A stretch of DNA of 64,000 bases from Okamejei kenojei (GCA_035221665.1 CM069146.1:15996001-16060000), one strand, 5' to 3'. Shown: positions 23,185 to 35,771, counted from the first letter of the stretch. The notes: generated from the sequence alone by a model not told the origin. Made by a program: numbers and translations.

Positions 23185-24286
23185 CAGGGGTCGGCAACCT
23201 TGTGCATAGGGGCCGGATCCCATGTCTGTGAGTGGTTAGAGGGCTGCATCAAATAAAGTGTATTTAATAAAACTTGACATATCTAAATATTTATTAATAC
23301 AATGCGCTGTGAGGTTCAGGTCTGAGGGACGGGGACTTCCTGGCTCAGGGAGATCACATAACTGGGAGAGAGAGCGAGAGAGAGAGCCTGGGACGGAGCA
23401 GCCAGCCTTCCGTCCAGTAGCTTCCCGCCAACCACCACCTCCACGGGAGGAAATCTTCCCCCCCTCCAGCGGCACTGTCCTTTTACAGCCGTTTCCCATC
23501 TCACACAGTTGCAGGGTTGAAGGTGTGCCAGCTTCCACGGAGCAGTCGCTACGAGAGTGGCATTGCTCGGCCAACTCCACTCCAGTGGACGGCCACTGTC
23601 CCTGCTGCCCCGGCGGAAAGCTGCTCCGTCTTCCCGCCCTGGGAGCCGTACCCGAGTCCTGCTAGAATGTCGCCATCAGCAAACTGGACCTAGCCACCCA
23701 GCCAGAGATTGTAAATCAGCTGTCAGCAATGAAGGATAGACTTGGCTATCCCTCAGTATAGCAACATCGTTCTTGATGTTGCTGTACTGAGGGATAGCCA
23801 AGTCTACCTTTCTTGGCTAACAATCTAACCTTTGGCCTCCAAGACGCTGATAAATACACACCATACAGCTACACTAAGTGCAAAAACAACGATTTAATTT
23901 AACACATCCATTAACACAATTTAACATAAGCATCCACTACAGTGGAATCAACATTGCTCACTGACGACGGTCCGATGTTCAGGCTAAGCGTAGTTTTGAC
24001 ACACTCACTGTCTGCGCTTGTTCTAGGTCGGCCTTTTGCTGATACAAAAAAATAGTGCCCACCAAAGTAGGCGCGGGGGGGGAAAAATACGCCTGCTGGC
24101 CGGAATGGTTCCGGGGCGCGCTGAGCAGCAGGCACTGCAGCCGCTGCAAATGCAACTTCACTTTTAGATCATAGGTGCAGGAAAAAAGGTATACGACCAC
24201 GGGCCGGATGACTGCGGGAAAAGAAACGCCTGAGGGCTGGCCGGATGATTTCCAGTTTGGGCCACATTTGGTCTGGGGGCCGTATG
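23185..24286. mobile_element. Non-autonomous hAT (Charlie-like) DNA transposon
   Basis: Starts CAGGGGTCGGCAAC. 8-bp flanks atctagag (23177-84) and atctggag (24287-94) fit the NTCTAGAN target. Subterminal gggccg motifs. Right TIR partly deleted. Confidence 0.75.
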
Positions 24287-25214
24287 ATCTGGAGCAACTG
24301 TGAAAGTGGGCCAAGGAATAGCAGATGGAATTTAACTCCATCTTCAAACTGCAAACTGTTGCATTTTGGTAAGATAAACCAGAGTAGGATTTGCACAATA
24401 AATGCAGTGCTGTGGGGAGCTTGTTCTAGTACATATAAGTATGCAGACCTCTGCAAGGGGCAACAAAGACAAATGGTGGTGAAGATGGCATTTGACATGT
24501 TTGTCTTCATTGGTCAGGGCAATAAGTATAAATGTCGGGAAGTCAAAAAAGTCATGTTACGAACTTTTTTAGGACCAATAGGCGGAGGAGTCATATGGGT
24601 TTGCTCCTCTGGTCGAGGAAGAAAAACCGTCCTGGTGGGGGAAACGTAGAATATCTTGTGCAGTACTGGTCACCAAACTGTTGGAAGAATGTCATTGAAT
24701 TGGAAAGGTTGTAGGAAAGATTCACAAGGATGTTACTAGGACTAGAGGGCTTGGGTTACTAGGATAGACAGGCTATGAGGGGTATAGATAAATTGAATGG
24801 CCAGAGTCCCTTTCCCAGCGTAGGGGAGACTAAAATGAGAGCCCATAAGGTTATGGTGAGAAGGGAACATTTTAAAAGGAACGTGAGGAACTAATTTTTT
24901 TTTCGCAAACTGGGTGTGGGTATGAGGAGCAAGCTGCCAGAGGAAGTTGTAGAGGCATTTCAGCAGGTACATGAGAAGGAAAGGGATATGGCCTAAGCAC
25001 AGACAATGGCTTGGTCAGGTGGTACAATTGCTAATGTAAACAATAGTTTAGCAGAATATTAATTAAACTTTACACAGACACTGCCTGATCTGAATGTTTC
25101 CAATATTTTTTGTTTTTAATTTCAACTGAAAGTAAATCATTTATTGTGAAAGATTGAGATTGTCTATGGGACATAAATGCTTAGATGAGATAGGAATTGA
25201 GGCATAAATGTAGT

Positions 25215-25633
25215 CATGCAGCATGGAGACAGGCCACTCCTCCCAACCTGTCCACGCCAACAAAGATGCCCCATCTAAGCAAGACTTATTTGAATGCATT
25301 TGGCTCTTAACCTTTCCTGTCAATGTTGCTATCCAACCACCTCCTCTGGCAGCTCGTACCTTATACCCTCCACCCTCTGAAATAAAAAGTTTCCCCCTTC
25401 AGGTTCCTATTGCATCTTGCTCTTCTCACCTTAATCCTACGTCCTCTGGTTCTTGAAACCCGTACCATGTGCAAAAGAGTCTCTGCATTCATTCTATCTA
25501 TTCCCCTCATGATTTTATACATATCTAGAAGATCACCCCTCGGTCTCCTGCGCTCCAAGGAGTAAAGTCCGAGCCTGCTCAAGTTTTCCTGAAACCTCAG
25601 GCCCTCGAGTCTTGACAACATCCTCGTAAACAT
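25215..25633 (-). mobile_element. CR1-like LINE 3' fragment
   Basis: MFTRMLSRLEGL...LGLYSLERRRPRGDLLDMYKIMRGIDR...SRTRG. Confidence 0.85.
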
Positions 25634-25821
25634 TTTTACTCAAAAGTGGCTCCACCAACATCTACAAGAAAAGGCAATGAAGCCACAGTTTGTATTGTTA
25701 AAAGGTTTTTCAGCGTTTCCAAAATTCCTGTGTGAGCAGATTAGATGGATAATTAATGAAGGACAATTGATTGATTAAATACACAATTCCACAATAACTA
25801 CACTTATTTTGTTGTTCATAG

Positions 25822-25860
25822 GCCTTTCGAGAAGGTTCCAGAAGATCTATGAGGATGAAG
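25822..25860 (+). CDS. SETD5: SETD5 exon E (39-nt symmetric exon)
   Basis: ttcatag|GCC...AAG|gtaagg. Encodes AFREGSRRSMRMK, matching the AFREGSRKS motif of SETD5/KMT2E. Phase 0-0. Confidence 0.9.
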
Positions 25861-26083
25861 GTAAGGCTCGAGAGGTTTATAATGTTAATGTTATCTCTAG
25901 AGTGAGCAATTTTAGCTGAGTAATTGCCAGATTTAGTTCTTGTTTCATCAGGAGTACTGGTCCACTACTGTTCACATATTTAGCATGCCATTTTATACTT
26001 CCCACTCAGATACCTATTTTACAGTGGGTTTTAAACAGGTTTGGAATATAAAGTTATTATGCCACTGAATACTGCTACAGCTA

Positions 26084-26206
26084 CAGTGCCCTCCATAATG
26101 TTTGGGACAAAGACCCATCATTTTTTAATTACTAATCTCAATTATGCAGTATAGAGGCAAATAAATAAATGATGGGTATTTGTCCCAAACATTATGGAGG
26201 GCACTG
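26084..26206. mobile_element. Tc1/mariner-type MITE (123 bp)
   Basis: TIRs of about 39 bp (CAGTGCCCTCCATAATGTTTGGGACAAA... and ...TTTGTCCCAAACATTATGGAGGGCACTG) with TA flanks. Confidence 0.9.
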
Positions 26207-26977
26207 TAATTCTCAATGGCAAACCTTTTTATAAATATTATACTCCCATCTCAGATGTAGTAGGCAGCTATGCTTGGTGTTGCAGCAATACATTAAGCAG
26301 AAGAAAGGCTAGGGAAATTCATTTGGCTTTTAAAGAATGGATAGCTTAATTACAAAGAATGATTTGAAGCACAGAATTTTACTTTTTTTTTGAATGAATA
26401 AACATTAAAAACAGAGGAACATGAAAGTTCACGGAGAGGGATTTGGGCAGTTGCTTTAGTTAAGGATGATCTAGCAAAGATAAAAGCCAAGTGTGTAGGA
26501 AGGAACTGCAGATGCTGGTTGACATTGAAGATAAAATGCTGGAGTAACTCAGTGGGTTGCTGAGTAGAAGGATCTGTCTGAAGAAGGGTCTCGACCCAAA
26601 ACATCACCTATTCCTTTTCTCCAGAAATGCTGTCTGACCCGCTGAGCTACGCCAGCATTCTGTGCCTTAGATAGAGTTTAGGGTCAATTGATCTTTCTAA
26701 TGCTCTGAACTGTTTTGATTTATTCCCACTCTTTCAATGAGCAAGAAGATTTAGTTGAAGCTTGTCGGCCTTTCAATAATGGAAGAGTCCTCAAGAAATG
26801 ACTTGTGCTGCACCGTATAGTGAAAATAACTTTGGAAGGGAAAATGTAAAGAATGATTTTACTGAGAAACTGCCACAATTCTGCAGATTAAAAGGACATA
26901 TTCCAAAAGCAACTATAAGATATTAGAAGAGTGTTAAAGCAGGTGATTGAGTTTGATCAGTTTTCTTTTTAAATTAG

Positions 26978-27220
26978 AACTCATTGTCAGAAGCTCATGC
27001 ATTGGATGAAAATACTGCAGAAGGTTGGGAGAACAGGATTCGACTCTGGACAGATCAATTTGAAGAATCTTTTGCAAATCAGTACAGTGCAGATGTACAG
27101 AACCTCCTGGAACTTCATCGGTTAACCATGAAAGACTCTGTGGGTAAAGATGTTGTGTTGGACACTATTAATAAAACGGAACTAGCCTGTAACAACACAG
27201 TTCTTGGCTCCCAGATGCAG
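26978..27220 (+). CDS. SETD5: SETD5 exon F
   Basis: aaattag|AAC...CAG|gtaaga. Encodes [30 protein letters not shown]...[20 protein letters not shown], which is SETD5-type rather than KMT2E-type. 243 nt. Confidence 0.97.
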
Positions 27221-27469
27221 GTAAGAACAGAGGACTGGCAAAGTGTTAGAAATGTTCGTCAAGCAACTGCAACTAGTATATAATTCTGATAGTATGTTTT
27301 CAATTTTAACATGATATACTGCCTTGTATGCACTTTAAAATAAAAATGTGATTTACTTTAATTTATTTTCTTTCACATGTGTTTTGTGCTATTAAGCCAT
27401 CACACCTCTCAGTATAAACAGGAAAGTAATAATGGTGTGGCTTCAATGTTATGTTCCTCCTGTTGACAG

Positions 27470-27618
27470 CTACAACTTGGTAAAGTCACAAGAGTTCAGC
27501 GGCATCGCAAAATTTTGAGAGCAGCCAGAGACCTAACACCAGACATACTCATTATTGAATACCGTGGGAAGGTGATGCTGCGGCAACAGTTTGAAGTCAA
27601 TGGCCATTTCTTTAAAAG
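27470..27618 (+). CDS. SETD5: SETD5 exon G, start of SET domain
   Basis: gacag|CTA...AAA AG|gtagga. Encodes [49 protein letters not shown]. 149 nt. Confidence 0.97.
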
Positions 27619-27896
27619 GTAGGACGGTGTCAAGTGCGAGTAACACGCTGCTAACATAATGGTAACTGTGGAGGCTTGACCTTCCTGGCTTTGTCAGTTT
27701 GGAGCAATGCTACATTAATTCATGCTAACTAATAGGTGTATTTCCAAGATCTAATTAACCATGTCCCCTCAATTTGCCAGTCAAATGATTACATTCTTGG
27801 GTTCGCGCATTGGCTGATATGATTTACTAACTGCTCTCTGTCAAGTTAGTTTCAAATTTCGGTCATACAAAGAATAAAATTGATTCTACATCTTCA

Positions 27897-29025
27897 GTAG
27901 ACAAAAATGCTGGAGAAACTCAGCGGGTGAGGCAGCATCTATGGAGAGAATGAATAGGCGACGCTTCGCGTCAAGACCCTTCTCCAGACTGATGTGGGCG
28001 GGGGGGAAGGGGGTAAAGAAAGGAAGAGGCAGAGACAGTAGGCTTGTGGGAAAGCTGGGAAGTAGAGGGGAATGAGGGAGAATGGGAGGGGGAGTTGAAT
28101 TGCTGAGCCACCGGGAGATAGGTTGGTTATTGCGATTGAGCGGAGGTGTTGGGCGAAGCGATCGCCAAGCCTGCCTTTGGTCTCGCCGATGTATAGAAGT
28201 TGACACCTGGAACGGCGGATGCAGTAGTTGAGGTTGGAGGAGGTGCAGGTGAACCTCTGCCTCAACTGGAAAGACTGCTTTGGTCCTTGGATGGAGTCAA
28301 GGGGGGAGGTAAAGCGACAAGTGTAACATTTCCTGTGGTTGCAAGTGCCAGGGGAGGGGGTGGTTTGGGTGGGAACGGCGAATTGACCAGGGAGTTACAG
28401 AGGGAATGGTCTCTGCGGAAAGCAGAAAGGGGAGGAGATGGGAAGATGTGGCCAGTGGTGGGATCCGTTGCAGGTGGCAAAAATGCTGGAGGATAATATG
28501 TTGTGGGGTGGAAGGTGAGGACAAGGGGGACTCTGTCCTTGTTAAGAGTAGGGGGATGGGGAGTGAGAGCGGAGCTGTGGGATATAGAGGAGACCCTGGT
28601 GAGAGCCTCATCTATAATAGAAGAGGGGAACCCCCGTTCCATAAAGAATGAGGACATCTCTGATGCCCTGGTCTGGAACACCTCATTCTGGGTGCAGATG
28701 TGGTGTTGACGGAGAAATTGGGAGTAGGGGATAGAGTGGGAAGAAGTGTAGTCCAGATAGCCATGGGAGTCAGTGGGTTTGTCGTCTCCAATTTCAGGTA
28801 GTCCTTGCTTTCTCCCTCCTTCCCCTTCCCAGCTCTCCCACAAGCTTGCTGTCTCCGCCTCTTCCTTTCTCTTTCCCGCCCCCCCCTGACATCAGTCGGA
28901 AGAAGAGTCTCGACCCGAAACGTCGCCTATTCCTTCTCTCCATTGACGCTGCCGCACCTGCTGAGTATCTCCAACATTTTTGTTTACCTTCGATTTTTCC
29001 AGCATCTGCAGTTCTTTCTTAAACA
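27897..29025 (-). mobile_element. Penelope-like retroelement fragment flanked by inverted pseudo-LTRs
   Basis: GIY-YIG endonuclease FTCTSSNLNYCIRRSRCQLLYIGETKGRLGDRFAQHLRSI and RT thumb KPTDSHGYLDYTSSH..SIPYSQFLR. 27897-28075 is inverted relative to about 28810-29000. Degenerate flanks ctacatcttca and ttacatcttaca. Confidence 0.9.
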
Positions 29026-29183
29026 TTACATCTTACATAATTTGGGTTAGTATCAGTTTCAGTTTAATTTATTGTCACGTGCTATGCAGTCAGTAGAAAG
29101 ACAATACATGATTACAATCAATCCATTTACAGTGTAGATACATGGTAAGGGCACTGTTAAAGCATGATATGTTGCTGTCGGAA

Positions 29184-29431
29184 TAGAGATTTGAGGGAAC
29201 AGGCCCTTCGGCCCACCATGTCTGTGCCGACCAGAGATCCCTGTACACTAGCACTATCCTACAACTGGGGACAAACCTGTACATCTTTGGACTGTGGGAG
29301 GAAACCGGAGCACCCGGGGAAAACTCATGCGGTCATGGAGAGAACGAACAAACTCTGTACAGACTGCACCCATAGTCAGGATCGAACCCGGGTCTCTGGC
29401 GCTGTAAGACAACAGCTACCACTGTGCCACC
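29184..29431 (-). mobile_element. HE1/V-SINE-like tRNA-derived SINE
   Basis: tRNA-like head (ggtggcacagtggtag...gacccgggttcgatcctgac on the minus strand), central tgtgggaggaaaccggagcacccg core, CR1-like tail gaacaggcccttcggccc. Confidence 0.8.
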
Positions 29432-29617
29432 TGTTCGGATAGATAGCCAGGCCATAGGTGATAATGGATGCTGGATCAGATTTGGATGTTTTAACTATTC
29501 CCTCCCCCTCTGATTGAATATACTATCGATATTCGTTATGTGGTCTTGCATATAAAAAATCAGTCTCTTAGATAAGTAGAGAATTAAGAGGATTGCATTT
29601 TTCGCTTTGGTTTACAG

Positions 29618-29735
29618 ACCCTATCCCTTTGTGCTCTTCTACTCAAAATTCAATGAGGTGGAGATTTGTGTTGATGCCCGGACGTTCGGGAATGACGCTC
29701 GGTTCATTAGAAGGTCGTGTGCCCCCAATGCAGAG
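29618..29735 (+). CDS. SETD5: SETD5 exon H, SET domain core
   Basis: tttacag|...GAG|gttagt. Encodes [39 protein letters not shown]. 118 nt. Confidence 0.97.
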
Positions 29736-30291
29736 GTTAGTCTTTTCTATTTATGTGTACATTTATTTACTTTAACTTTATACTTGTATGATGATTGGCA
29801 AAATATAATTTTGGTGTAGTTAAAAATTACCCTTGGCCTTTGTAATATATGGATCGCACTTCTATTCACGCATTGTATTAAATTTACAACGCATAAGATC
29901 TATTGCTACTACTTCACATAAATGTTGTATTAATGTCAGGGTTTGACCCAAACAGTGATTCAGTCAATTAGTATTTATGATGAGTTTACATAATGTATAA
30001 TTATTAAATGTATAATTAAATTATGCACAACATCACCATTCTGTGGCATAATTAAAATTATTTGCTAGTAATAATTTTAACAGTTAATGAATGTAGGTTC
30101 TGTTTACAATGAGTAAGCAGGAGGACTGCCTAGTGTCTTAGGGTTTCGGCCGGAAACATTGCCTGTTTCCTTTGCTCCATAGGTGCTGCCTCACCTGTTG
30201 AATTTCTCCAGCATTTTTGTCTACCATCTTATTTATCAAGTTTAGAGACAGGTAGGAGCAACATTTTGATAAGGGAACAGGATGAATTGAC

Positions 30292-31790
30292 AAGAAACAA
30301 GGAACTGCAGATGCTGGTTTTCCAAAAATTAGACACTAAGCACTGGAGTAACTCAGCAGGTCAGGTGGCATCTCTGGAGAACATGGATAGGTGATGTTTT
30401 CAGGTTGGGCCCTTCTTCAGACTGATTGCAAGAAATGGGGAAGAAAGGTGCAAAATATGAAGCAGGAGGAGTGGAAGAGGAGGGGGAAAATGGGTGTGTG
30501 TCCAGGTGGGGTAAGGTGGGTGGGAGGAATGTTGTTTAATGTTGTTACCTAAAATGGGAGATTTCAATGTTCATACTGTAAGCTACCCAAGCAGAATATG
30601 AGGTGCATGTCCTCCAGTTTGCACGTGGCCTCACTCTGGCAATGGAGGAGGCCCAGGAAAGAAAGGTCAGTAATGGAATTGGAGGAGGAATTAAAATTGT
30701 TAGCAACCGGGAGATCCCGTAGACCTTGGCAGGCCGTAGGCATGCGTTCAGTGAAACTGTCACTAAGTCTGGTCTCACTAAGGTGGGAGGCCACAACAGG
30801 AACTGTTGTGCAATAAATGAGGTTAAAGGAGGTGCGTGTGAACGTCTGTCTCATCTGTAAGGATTACTGTGGTCCCTGGATTGAGATGAGGGAGGAGGTA
30901 TAGGGACAAGTGTTACATCTCCTGGAATTGCAGTGGAATGTAGCTGGGGAGATGGTGGTTTGGGTGGGAAGGGATGAGTGAACCAAGGAGTTGTAGAGTG
31001 AGCGGTCTCTGCGGAAGGTGAGGAGGGGTGTGACAGGAAGATGTGGCTGATGGTGAGATCACATTGGAGGTGACAGAAATGTTAGAGGATGATGTGTTGG
31101 ATGCGGAGGCTGGTGAGGTAAAAGGTAAATATCAGGGGAACTCTATCCTTGTTCCGTCTAGGAGGACGGGGAACAAGAGCAGAACTATGGGACACAGATA
31201 AAACACAGGTGAGGTATTCATCTACAATAGCAAGGGGGAGCCATGTTTACTAAAGAAAGACGACTTTGGATGTCCTAGAATGAAAGCCTCATCTTGAGAG
31301 CTGATGTGATGGAAAAATTGAGAGTAGGGAATAGTATCTTTGCAAGAGGCAGAGTGGGAGGAGGTGGAGTTCAGGTAATTGTGGGAGTCGGTAGTAGATG
31401 TCATTCAATAGTCTGTCTCTTATGATGGAGACGGAGAGATCAAGAAAGGGGAGAGAGGTGGCAGAGATAGTCCAAGTGAATTTGCAGGCAGGATGGTAGT
31501 AAGTGGTAAAGTTAATTAAATCAATTATTTTTGCACGGGTCCAGAAGACAGCCTTGATGTCGAGAGTTGGGAGGATGGTGCCAGTACACGTTTGGACTTT
31601 TCAATGTAACCAACAAAAAGGCAGTCATAGCTGTGGCCCATGAGAGTGCCCATTGCTGCACTTTAACTTGAAGAAAGTGAGAGGAGTCAAAAGATAGGTT
31701 TGGTGAGGGCGAGGACAAGTTCCGCAAGGCGGAAAAGGGTGTTAGTAGACAGAAATTAATTGGGTCTCTGTTCTGAGAATGCATATAAAA
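30292..31790 (-). mobile_element. Older Penelope-like retroelement fragment (RT plus GIY-YIG)
   Basis: NLSFDSSHFLQVK, TDSHNYLNSTSSH..CKDTIPYSQF, FTRTSFNLIYC, CKLEDMHLIFCLGSLQ. Pseudo-LTR motif at 30292-30425. Confidence 0.85.
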
Positions 31791-34275
31791 CGCTGGCAGT
31801 TTGCAGCCTAAGGTCTTTCACAATTGTAAATGAACTCTACAGGATTAGTCCACTGATTTCCACTGTTGAAAATCCATGCGCAAGGTTATTAGTAACAGCT
31901 CCTTATTTGCAGTGTTTTATAATGTTTGCGTGTTCACATGATCAATATAGAGGCTAAGTACTATAAATAGACAACTTTGATAGTCACATAAAATTGGCAC
32001 ACTTAAATAGAATTTTTTTTTTGCTGTGGAATGCATTTCCATTCTGAGTATTGTATTCTCTAGATCAAAAATGAGACAATATGATAGACAATATGGGTGC
32101 AGGAGTAGGCCATTCAGCCCTTCGAGCCAGCACCACCATTCAATGTGATCATGGCTGATCATCCACAATCAGTACCCCTCATCCACGATCAGTATGGCAA
32201 TGCCTTGCAGCTAAAAAAAAAATCCTCCTCTTCCACCTGTCTTCATTTTATTTATTTGCTTAAGCAGTCCTTATGCAACACCAATTTAATTGCTCAGAGA
32301 TCCATAAGTATGTACATAAACTTTATCTTGATTTTAGTCTTCCTGAATAGTTTAATTATTTTGGGCAGTTTGGCACCACCAGTTCTGTTTTCCAACTGCA
32401 GCCTCAGAAATGTAGTGTAAATAAATAAAACTATGCCTTTCAAGAGATTTAATTCAATCAGTCTTTTAAACGTCACAGACTCGAGGTTTAAAATTTGGCC
32501 TGCCTGAGGACAGGTTTCCTCCCCTACCTTGCTAGCTAGCCAGCTGGCTGGCCGACTGAATTGCTCTAATCTTAAGTGTTCACAGGAAATGGAATGCAGC
32601 ACCTATGATTGTTTTTTACCATAGGGCAGGCCAAACAATGACCCTGTCTTCCAAGAGTTGATTCTTGGCAAGGCACCACGTGTTGGATTCATATCAACGC
32701 TTCTCTGCAGTTTTTTGGATTGTCCACACTAATATTCACCGTGTAAAGAATTCTGATTTCAACTCCTCATTTGGACTCCTGGATGGACTGAAGTTACGTA
32801 TGTGGAGAAGAAGATGGAGCATAATGCACACTTCAATTTGCAATGACAAATATAAAATATTTTCATTATAGCTGGTAGGCGGTAAACGTGTATGTGTAGA
32901 AGGCTCTTAGTCCGTTGGTTCACGAAATACAAGTAAACGTGTAGGTATATCAAGAAATTAGGATGTTAAATTGGTTTGTTTGCCTTAATTCCAGGAACAA
33001 ATGTATAGAAAGACTCGCTGTAGTTATAAAGAAGTTTGCTGACACAACAAAAGTTTTGTGTTTAATTTTGGTCTTCATGTTTACGTAATAATGTTTGTCT
33101 TGGAATTGTTAATTGTTGGAATCACTGGATTGTGTCTTGACATGAGCTAGTTGAGTTGTTGAATAAGTTCGACCTATGCATGGTGTAATTTAGAAGAATA
33201 TGAGGTGACCATGTTCCGATAGTGGGATTTGAGAAAGGTTGGCAGGATGGATGCTGAGAGACACAAGAGACTACAGGTGATAGGGCTTGGAGAAAAAAAC
33301 AAATTACCGGGGGAACTCAAGCAGCAGATTGAGGAAAATGGACAGTCAACGTTTCGGGATGTGGCCTGTAATATGGACTCAGTCCATTTTCTTCCACAGA
33401 TGCTGCCTGACCTCCCTAATATGGGATTCAGTAACAAATAAACATGATTAATCAAAATCTTCTTGAAAAACAAAGGTAGATTGAGCAGTCACGTGGCTTT
33501 CACCTTATTTGATTCTTACATTCTTATCTGAAACCTATGCTACATTTCATGCCCGTTGTTCTGTGAACTTAAGCCTTGGAGATCCACAATAAAGTTTTTA
33601 GTACGAAATGTATGAAAGCCAAATGTAGGTTCAAAGCCAAAAATCTGCTTCCTCTCGGAAGAGGTTTCTCTCATTAGTGTGCAAACCTACCTGTGTAAAC
33701 ATTAATTTTTATTCTTAGTAAAAGGAAGACTGAGTGCCTTTCTGACTCTTTCCCAGTGAGAAATAAGTTTAGTTGCGTGAGATCTCTCTTGATATTTAAG
33801 AAGCTGTAAGTTTTGAATTACTTTTATTCCTCTTTAGCTGCCAACTAATGTATTAGGGAAACATCCATACCAGCTTGTAAACCTTTTATGTTAAGTCGTA
33901 GACATTAACCTCTTCAGTGGAATAAGAATTTTGGAATAAATAGTCTCTTCAGAAGTAACATTTCTCATTTGGGCTCATCTGCCTGCTAGTTTAGTTTAAA
34001 GACACAGCATGGAAACTGGCCTAGTTTAAACATAATTTAATCATGTATTTTGTATGTTCCTTTGCTTTTACCTGCTGTTGTTAGCAAGAATATGCATAGG
34101 TAATGTAGTCAGTTATGGTGCTGCTGCATATGTTTGATCGCTGAAACCAAAAATTGCAGTGTGTTAGCACAAATAGTGTGGCTGAAAAATCTGAATGGAC
34201 ATGTGAAATACTTAAAATGGGTTTAACCTATTTAAGAATCTGAAAAGATAAAAGCTTACGTACTATATTCCCCAG

Positions 34276-34385
34276 GTACGGCACATGATTGCTGATGGAA
34301 TGATTCACCTTTGTATATATGCCATCACAAACATCCCAAAGGACAATGAGGTGACGATTGGCTTTGACTATGAATACAGTAGCTG
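34276..34385 (+). CDS. SETD5: SETD5 exon I, end of SET domain
   Basis: cccag|GTA...TG|gtaagt. Encodes [36 protein letters not shown]. 110 nt. Confidence 0.97.
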
Positions 34386-34473
34386 GTAAGTGTGATCAGG
34401 AATATATAGATTTATTAAAATGTTTAAAAAAAATTAGAAACAATATTATTAAAAAAATGTTATTGCAAGGACT

Positions 34474-34706
34474 GACACAAAATGCTGGAGTAACTCAGCA
34501 GGACAGGCAGCATCTCTGGAGAGAAATGGGTGACGTTTTGGGTCGAGACCCTTCTTCAGACCCGAATCGTCAGATCTGAAGAAGGGTCTTGACCCAAAAC
34601 GTCACCCATTCCTTCTCTCCAGAGATGCTGCCTGTCCTGCTGAGTTATTGTAGCATTTTGTGTCTACCTTTGATTTAAACCACCATCTGTAGTATTTTCC
34701 TTCACA
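34474..34706. mobile_element. Palindromic Penelope-derived insertion (arms of about 88 bp)
   Basis: 34474-34560 is the reverse complement of 34575-34664. Exact 14-bp TSD ttattgcaaggact (34460-34473 and 34707-34720). Confidence 0.9.
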
Positions 34707-34957
34707 TTATTGCAAGGACTTGCAGCCCAGAGACTAGTGAGACTATCTAATTCCTTCATCACACTCTCTCATAAACGGTGCAAATATGGAGTTAATGATG
34801 ATATTTAAATCAAATGATGTTTGTGTGAAGATGAGTTGGTGGACTGGGTGTGGGATGGAGTTGGGTGTCGAAGGCAAGGAAGATCAGAGGGAGGAACAAA
34901 TCACATCCTGCATGTCCAAGGAAGAATAGTTTGCCCGCTGGAGAAGGAGGATAATGA

Positions 34958-35190
34958 AGAAACTGCAGATGCTGGTTTACCAAGGGAAAACAGAAAATGC
35001 TGGAGTAACTCAGCGGGTCTGGCAGTATCTCTGGAGAACCTGGATAGGCCACGTTTTGCGTCGGGACCTTTCTTCAAATTCAAGTCCATCAGTCTGAAGA
35101 AGGGTCCCGACCCGAATCATCGCCTCTCCATGTTCTCCAGGGATGCTGCCTGACCTGCTGAATTAATCCAGCATTTAGTGCCTTTGCTGG
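34958..35190. mobile_element. Palindromic Penelope-derived insertion (diverged)
   Basis: Same family motifs in both orientations, with ggataatga repeated at both flanks. Confidence 0.7.
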
Positions 35191-35771
35191 GGATAATGAG
35201 GAAGTACTTTTAAGCAGCATATCTGACAAAAGGGCAACATTTCTGTATGGGTAGTAGAAGAGTAGAAGAAAATTTTGTGACTAGAACTACAATAATCCAG
35301 CATCCATTTATCTGGAATTCTGATGGTTCCGCATCTGGCTCACACTAAAGCCCAGAATGCGAGCCAGAGGTCAACAGTGTAAGCTGGTTGTGTATCCAGA
35401 GCCAGGATGCAGCAAGGACCAGTGCAGAGATTCCTGTGCTTTTGAAGTTCAGCCATGTTCTTATCAAATGGTGGAGCTGGCTAGAGGAGGCATGTGACCT
35501 ACTCCAGCTACTACTTGGCTGCTGGATTCCTCAAACCTTTCTGTGGCTGTGAAGTCTTTCTGTTTTTGTGACACCTCTTTCAAACTTGTAACTTAATAAC
35601 ATCCCTGATTAATACAGAGAACCTATGCATCTTCATTGAAGTAGTATAACTTTTATGTGAACTATGTGCAGGAAAAAATGGTTAAATATATTCAATTGTC
35701 AATGATTTGCACCTCAAAATGAACCAGATAGATTAATTTAATAATTGTTTTAATCTTTCACTTCATAATAG

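Larger units (their letters stand above)
22400..24990 (+). mobile_element. Old CR1-like LINE fragments split by younger insertions
   Basis: DIVYTDFSKA, QRVAVN|SCFSDW, LQ*DLE|Q..WA, CKLLHFGK, YLVQYWSP..KNVIELER. Interrupted at 22648-23000 and 23185-24286. Confidence 0.75.

Noticed and set aside
29370-29431. tRNA-like sequence
   Set aside because: It is the head of an HE1-like SINE; it has no full cloverleaf and continues into the SINE core and tail.
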